A stretch of 64,000 nucleotides of DNA from Lingula anatina. Lineage: Eukaryota > Animalia > Brachiopoda. Shown in pieces: positions 57,607 through 64,000 of the stretch. How positions within the stretch are numbered: position 1 is the first letter of the stretch; every line of letters begins with the position of its first letter. Below the pieces are notes generated by a model, which was not told the DNA's origin, made no database searches, and saw nothing but the letters and a program-made list of their open reading frames with translations. The position numbers were made by a program, and so were the translations under genes. The stretch lies in assembly GCA_051362555.1 (NCBI GenBank), contig CM120645.1, positions 4,712,001 through 4,776,000 of the forward strand, given 5' to 3'.

Positions 57607-57759
57607 AAAATAATAATAATAATAATAATAATGTTATTGAGGTTTGTTATTTCTTTGCAATATATGTTATATATTGAATACAAGCACACACACATATATA
57701 TATATATATATATAAATATATATATATCATAAATGCTTCAAATGTATCGGATCCATTCT

Positions 57760-58015
57760 AACTATTTCTCACCTCCCAGAGGAGAATACAACCCGTTGCA
57801 AGCTCCGCATATATGGCACTCATTTACAAATAACTGACAGAGCGCTATCATGTGGCCAAGTGTTTTTACCCTACTTCAACCTCTGTGTGCTAAGTGCTTA
57901 ATGAGGAGACAGCAGGTACCAATTTTAAAATGATCTTTGGTGTGACCCAGTCAGAGACTGAACCCACAACCTCCTACATTGAAGGCAAGCACTGTACCAC
58001 TTCAGCCATCCTGTC
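57760..58015 (-). mobile_element. tRNA-derived SINE, probably Meta(+Deu)-domain type
   Basis: Minus strand shows box A (TGGCTGAAGTGG) and box B-like (GGTTCAGTCTC), then GGTCACACCAAAGA..TTTAAAATTGGTACCTGCTG...CACTTAGCA, which resembles the Meta domain as I recall it. Family assignment is unverified. Confidence 0.7.
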
Positions 58016-60280
58016 CAGTCAAAGTGCTGGGCATTTTCTTCAATATCTTTAGGTAGTTCAAAACTGACAGGTGTTTCTATTTATACTCAAGTTTTCATTC
58101 ACAAAATTTAATAGGAACACATGATAATGTGTGAATGAAAACTGTAGAATATAGAAAAACATTTTAGGTGAAGTGTTTCAACGACTTCATCAATGCCATA
58201 AAATGTAATAAAATTTATAATAAAAACACTACCAATTAATTACAACAATAATAATGGTAATAAACATTTTTCAACCTCTTCTATAATCAGAGGATGTGAT
58301 ATTTCAATATATCTATCAAAACTGCCTCAGTACTGTTCTTAAAGAACTGATTCAGAGGACTAATAACTTATGGTGAGATTTTGAATCATGTACAATATCA
58401 TGGAAAGAATCACATAGACAAATAAATACCTAATTCTGTCACAAATATTTGAAATAAAATAAAACATGTAGCTTTGTACAACAATTTTTACAATAATCTG
58501 TATGATTATTCAAATGCATCATTAACATATTTTCTACATGCTACCAAAAATAGATTTTTTTGTTTATATAAAACATTAACAATTCAGAAGATAGCATATT
58601 CTTATAAACTGGAAAAAAAAACCCACTTTATGTCTGATTACGCTAGCTGTACAGCATTCATCTGCGCAATCCCAAGGCTGACCAGGCGCTCTAAATAAAA
58701 GAATAATCAGAATATTTGCACTTGTATTTTGCTTAAAAGTGTTCACTTGCCCATTTTTTTTTTATTTAATGCACTTCAATGCATTTTATGCTCTTTTTCT
58801 TGGTCTTCTTGTGCAACTGGCCTTGAAGTGTAATTCAAAGCCCCAACCTTGGGAAAAGTCAGTTACAAGATGAGCAGTCCAGTTAACAAGAGTGTAATCA
58901 TCTTAACTACGACAATAATTGCACTCTTCTTGATCAAATACAGTGAGCAACTCGTCTTATAACTGGTACAGATACATACCAGTACAAATCAGTTTGTATT
59001 CCTAATTTTTATCTAAACTGTCACAAAAATATGATATATGTACTTTTAATAAAATCCAATAAATCAAAACTATATCCAACTAGACTATACAAGCTCTTTT
59101 AAAGCATTTTCTTTTAATAATATATACATTTTTTGGGTATCATAACAAGTAAAACCACAACGATCATTAAATTGGTCATGTTCATGGACAAAAAATATCA
59201 ATTACTAGTAGTACAAGTATGTGTATTTTACAACATTCCACTCACAAGAAATTAGAAGGGCATCTTCAGTCAGGACATGTATGCAAAACACTGACTTATT
59301 GAGTCCCATTAAAGCAGTATCCATTAAATGCATCCATTCATTTCCCCCTGCAAATACTACACCTTTGTCTAATATAGACAATAGCAAAATATAAATTTCA
59401 TTACTGTATTTGACAACTTCATCCTCTGAACAAATAATAATGCCATTGTTTAACTGTCACTATTCTCTTTATAATTCACACCCAAAGTGCAATATCATAC
59501 TGCACTCAGTTAACATTTTATTTTGGTCTTTGATTAGACCCGATTTGGGGTCAAACCAACATGCTGCAGCCGTACTAGCAGGGGTCAATACATCACTTCA
59601 AGTATTGTCAGACTAAATGATTTCCTGTTATATGCACTAAGTAAAAACCAAGATGCACAAGTATTCAAGCTTGCCTATTTCTTTTTTGCTGAAATGTCAT
59701 ATTACTTTCCACTAAATACGTATACGCAAATTGACAATGGAAGCTGGGATCATTGAAAGACATACATGTAGTCATGCTTTGGGCAATGTGAGAAAGTAAC
59801 AAAAATATAAAGTGCCTCATGAGAAATAAAACAAGATGAGATCATGTGTGATGATATATGAATCAGGGGCAGATCCAAACATATTTTAAAAGACACATCC
59901 TCGCTTTTTAACCAGCTTCCAACTAAAAACATGAAATGCCCATCAATATAAACTGACTTGAAACTTGACCATTTTCTGAAAGACCCTGAAGAAGGCTTTT
60001 GTCTGCCCCTGTGAATCTACATGCAGGAGGCTGTTAGGAGTTTAAAACATACAAAATAAAAGATGCTACTGATATTAAATTGAGTTGAAACTTAACAAGA
60101 TGAAATAAGCATTCCAACAAAATAATAGAAGGGGAAGTTAGCTTCAAAAGGGTTAGAAGAAACTCACTAAGAATTGGACTAAAACCATCCACAAAAAAGC
60201 AATAAAGGATGGTACCATACATTCCTTAATCTTAGAAAAGATAATGAAACTACCATAAAGTCTTTCAGTTTGTCAAAGCA

Positions 60281-63200
60281 CTAATTTTTTGCCGAATGAC
60301 AGCATTTTTCAGCTGTAGGCAATCTCACAGGATTGTTACACTTTTTACAATGGGACACCCTTGGTCTCAAGCCTGATACTTCCGTGGGCAATTTGCAGTA
60401 CCCACATGGTACTTTCTGTAAAGCTTTAACATTGTATGCCTCACAGCCATGAGTCATGCTAAATCCCAGGTAAAACTCGACACGCTGATGTTCAAACCTT
60501 TTGCCGTACATTCCATAAAACTTGGGCACAAAGGAGACTTTGATGGGATCACTTCCTTTGTGGTGGCTTGTGTCAAGGGCAATGGTCCCATGAAACAGCC
60601 CAACAGATGACAGAATTGTTCCTCTGCAAACCTGAAGGAGCTCATGTTTTGATGAGTCTTCCCAGAAGCGTCCTTCTGGGTTCCACTCTCCTAGTTGTGC
60701 ATGATTGACAAGACGCCTAATACCTTTACCTTTGCCCAACCATTCTCTGGTTCTCCAAAACCTGTTGGCAAATGTTCCAACTTTTTTTAGCTTGATGTGC
60801 AGCTGGCTTGCTTCCACAAAATCACTCTTAGATCCTGGGCAACCCGTTGTACCAATGGCACACAGAGTTGTGAGAACATACATGTAATACACAGCATCTG
60901 GGGCATTCGGACTAATCGTATACCACATGCGAACAATTTCCATAACTTCTGAGATGCTGTCATCCCTTTCAGGCAACAGATGATGCCTTATAGCTTTTAG
61001 CCATTTCTTTACATCATTTGTGATGTTGATTTCTAAGCAACGATCTTTTACTTCCTTGAAATTCTGCTTTAACAGGTCGATAAGGTGTAAAACATCAGCT
61101 CTGCAGTGGATCTGTTCCAGTGTTGCTAGGTGCCTTGTGCTCTGACTAGACAGGAAGTGATGCTTCATCATGAGAAATGCTACCTTGGTCCGTCTGTTGA
61201 GAATACTGTCCTCACCCTGCCAAGTTTTGAGCACTTCATTTGCATCTTTAAAAAGAGCATTGAACCAATTAATCAGATGTGACAAATTGGCCTGATCAGA
61301 TCCTGACTGTGTCATTTCAAAGTCATGTGTTGTTCTTTCTTCACATTCTCTCAACAATCTATCACACTCGGGAAAACAGGGTTCAAGAAATTCCTTTAAA
61401 TATGGATCAATATTTGGTAGCTCCATGTACCCAAAATATCCAGCAGGCTTTCCGTGTGTCTGCAAGAAATCAACTACATGTAATAACGTGCTGATTTCTC
61501 CTATGTACCCATAGCTTTCTTCCATTCCCTCAGCATGATGTTCACGACACTTCTTGAAGTACTCTGCAGCTTGTTTGGCAAGCCCAACAACCTCCTTCAA
61601 AACAGCTTCAAAATTTTCCTCTCCAGGGTTAAATGTACCATGGGTATGTTCGTCAATCATGCCACCCCCTATTCTTGCTGTTATCCTTTTCTTCAATATA
61701 ATCCCGTGCATGTGGTAAACCTGGCACAATACTGGGTCCTGTTTTTTGCCAAGTTCATTTTTCTTTTTAAGTTCTTTTTGTCTCAGTTCTAAAGCTCTAT
61801 CAAGACACTTGATTGCTTCTTTGCTTTCAGGGTTTTTCATTCCATGGTATCTTCCAAGATGGGCCCAGTAGCTAGGATCTTTTGGGAAGGCTTCTGTTAG
61901 CTTTTTTAAGACTAGCTCCTTCTTCTCTTCACGTGGAATATCATACAATAACTGGGAAAGTTTCATTTTTCTTTTGACTCTGTTGTCATCCTGAGAAAGC
62001 TCTTTGTAGTTTCGCTGAATGAAGGTAGCATTGATGATATTACTGACCACTGGGCTTGCGGACATGTTTTTCATCTTCTGTTTCCCTGCCTCCTCAATTA
62101 ACTTCAAGGCTAGCTCATGAAGATTTTGGCATGCATTCAAACTAAGACGCTCATTTCTACTTCCTTGGTTGTCTTGTTTTCTACTAAGTAACTGCTCAAG
62201 GATTTCTTTGGCTACAATGACATGGTTTATTCTCCAGCAATAATTTTTTTCTTCAATGATAAACTGGCTGGCTGAATGGCTATGCAGAGAGTTAAGGGTT
62301 ACTTGCTCACATTCTGAAACATTGAGCAGTTTGGCAAAGAATTGAGCAGGGACAGGAACATGGCCATAGAAGTAAGCTAAGGCTAGAAAACCCAAAACAT
62401 ACTGCCATGGCTTAAGGTCTCCTGAATAAGGAATTTGGAGATAACCCTTAACATATCTTTGAATGCCAACATATTCTTCTGCATACACGGTAATTCCAAA
62501 TTCCCAAACATAGTGGACTTCTCTTTCTTTCACCTCATGGACAAGCTCTTGGAGTTTAGATCTTTTATCAGCACCTTTACAAAAGGTGGAAAAAGCCACA
62601 TAAAATCTTGGTGCCTCATCTATTGCAACCTTTCCAGAAAGCCAAATCTGATCTAACCTGTTCCTTTTGCAGTTGAGGTCAATTGGTTGATTATAACGCT
62701 GCACACAGAGAACAATCACCCTCACCTGTAGACAAAGATCGAAAATCTTGTGAATTTGTGTGATATCTTTACCATCAATCAAGACCACAACAGGGAGATG
62801 GGTGTGCAAATAAAGCCACTCAATGCGACTGAACACACTGCTTGCATTCAACAGGGGAGATGACACATAGACACAAGCACACATCTCATCACAGTGTAAA
62901 TCCCAAAGAGCTCTCATACCAAGTGTGGTACCCCCAGAGCCAGGCTCATGGTTCAGACTTATGAGAGCAGACTTTCCCTTCTCAACAAAAAATCTTATAG
63001 TTTTCAACAGATATGGAAGGACATCCCGTCTTGCATCGTAACAGCCAATGTTCAACTCATCCCAAGATATCTGCCCTCCACGTAGAAACTGTTCACCATC
63101 TTCAGTATCATCGCCCTTTGCGTAGATTTTTTTGTCCTTTGACAAGTAAAGAACATCCAGCTCTGCATCTAGCCATGCTGCATCTTCTGGCTATGGTAAG

Positions 63201-64000
63201 ATGGGGGCCACACCCTTCAGCATCTTCATGAGGCAATTGAAAGGCTTCTGCCTGTCCAGGTATTTGAAGACCATAAATGCTTTCTATTTCAAAACAGATC
63301 CTTTCCAATGAAATAATTATTGGATCAATTTCTAAATCTGAGCACAATGACTTTAAATGCTGCATCTCAGTAGGATTATCTGGTAAAGATGGAATACAGA
63401 ATGCAACTTTCAAAGAGTTGACATTTTCATCGAGCTTTATCATAAATCGTTTAAGATGCCCAAGACTTTGATCAACCCCATACCATAGTATAACAGCAGT
63501 CAAAACCCTGCTGCTGTTGCAATACTCAGCAATCTGAATGCAATGTTCGTCAACCATGGGACCTGCTCTCTTAATCCAAGACCTTGGATCATCAAGCATC
63601 TCATGACAGTTATGATACCCTCTTGGGAAGAACCAATTAACTGACCTTGGCCCGAGGTTACCAGGTTGATCTTGCCAGGTGGAAATTTCCAAGTACCTTG
63701 CTGTTTTCAAAAGAGGCTCACAAACACTGAAAGTACCATTTTCCCTACTCATGGTATCAAAATCAACAACTTTGAACCATGGGATACTTGTTAAAGCCTG
63801 CAAATGCCTTGTATCATGCTTACATTGGCCAACAATGAGTAAAAACTGCTGGTAATCTTTGAACATATCAACCTTATCCAGAAACTTCTGCAGTGCATCA
63901 TCTCTCAATGAACGTGGTTTACCTTGACCTTTAACAACCTCACTATAGGGGGTAGGCTTTTGAAACCATTTGTACACACTGTCATGGTGTTTAACAGATA
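60281..64000 (-). CDS. SAMD9/SAMD9L-like STAND NTPase, intronless, 5'-partial, with one frameshift at ~63191
   Basis: SIR2-like region (FLLIVG, IPWFKVVDFD), Walker A (HEPGSGGTTLGMRALWDL), Walker B (PVVVLIDG), TPR region, and OB-fold-like end (RVEFYLGFSMTHGCEAYNV). The two ORFs 63108-63977 and 60281-63145 join via a frameshift; the frame stays open to the window end. Confidence 0.9.

Overview
Eukaryotic, AT-rich, intron-containing animal DNA, probably a marine invertebrate such as a mollusc (inferred from gene families and SINE type). Five genes were reconstructed by eye. (1) GANP/MCM3AP on the minus strand, 29 coding exons from 37739 down to 590, continuing beyond the window start. (2) The piRNA-pathway gene ASZ1/GASZ, head-to-head with GANP (+, 38372-44662). 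(3) A secreted FAMeT-domain + PAN/Apple protein (+). (4) A CD225/dispanin membrane protein (+). (5) An intronless SAMD9-like STAND NTPase (-) with one frameshift. MITEs, a tRNA-SINE and microsatellites are also present. Main observation: six consecutive, enlarged GANP introns (about 9.9-33.1 kb) are a dense mosaic of short, heavily decayed coding fragments from many unrelated transposon superfamilies. Almost every fragment I could recognise is coding-sense on the minus strand. A compact plus-pointing Pol II promoter signature lies just upstream at about 9.2-9.4 kb. This matches a candidate unistrand (flamenco-like) piRNA cluster nested antisense inside GANP, next to ASZ1. The TE assignments come from manual translation and motif recall, not database searches, and their coordinates are approximate.
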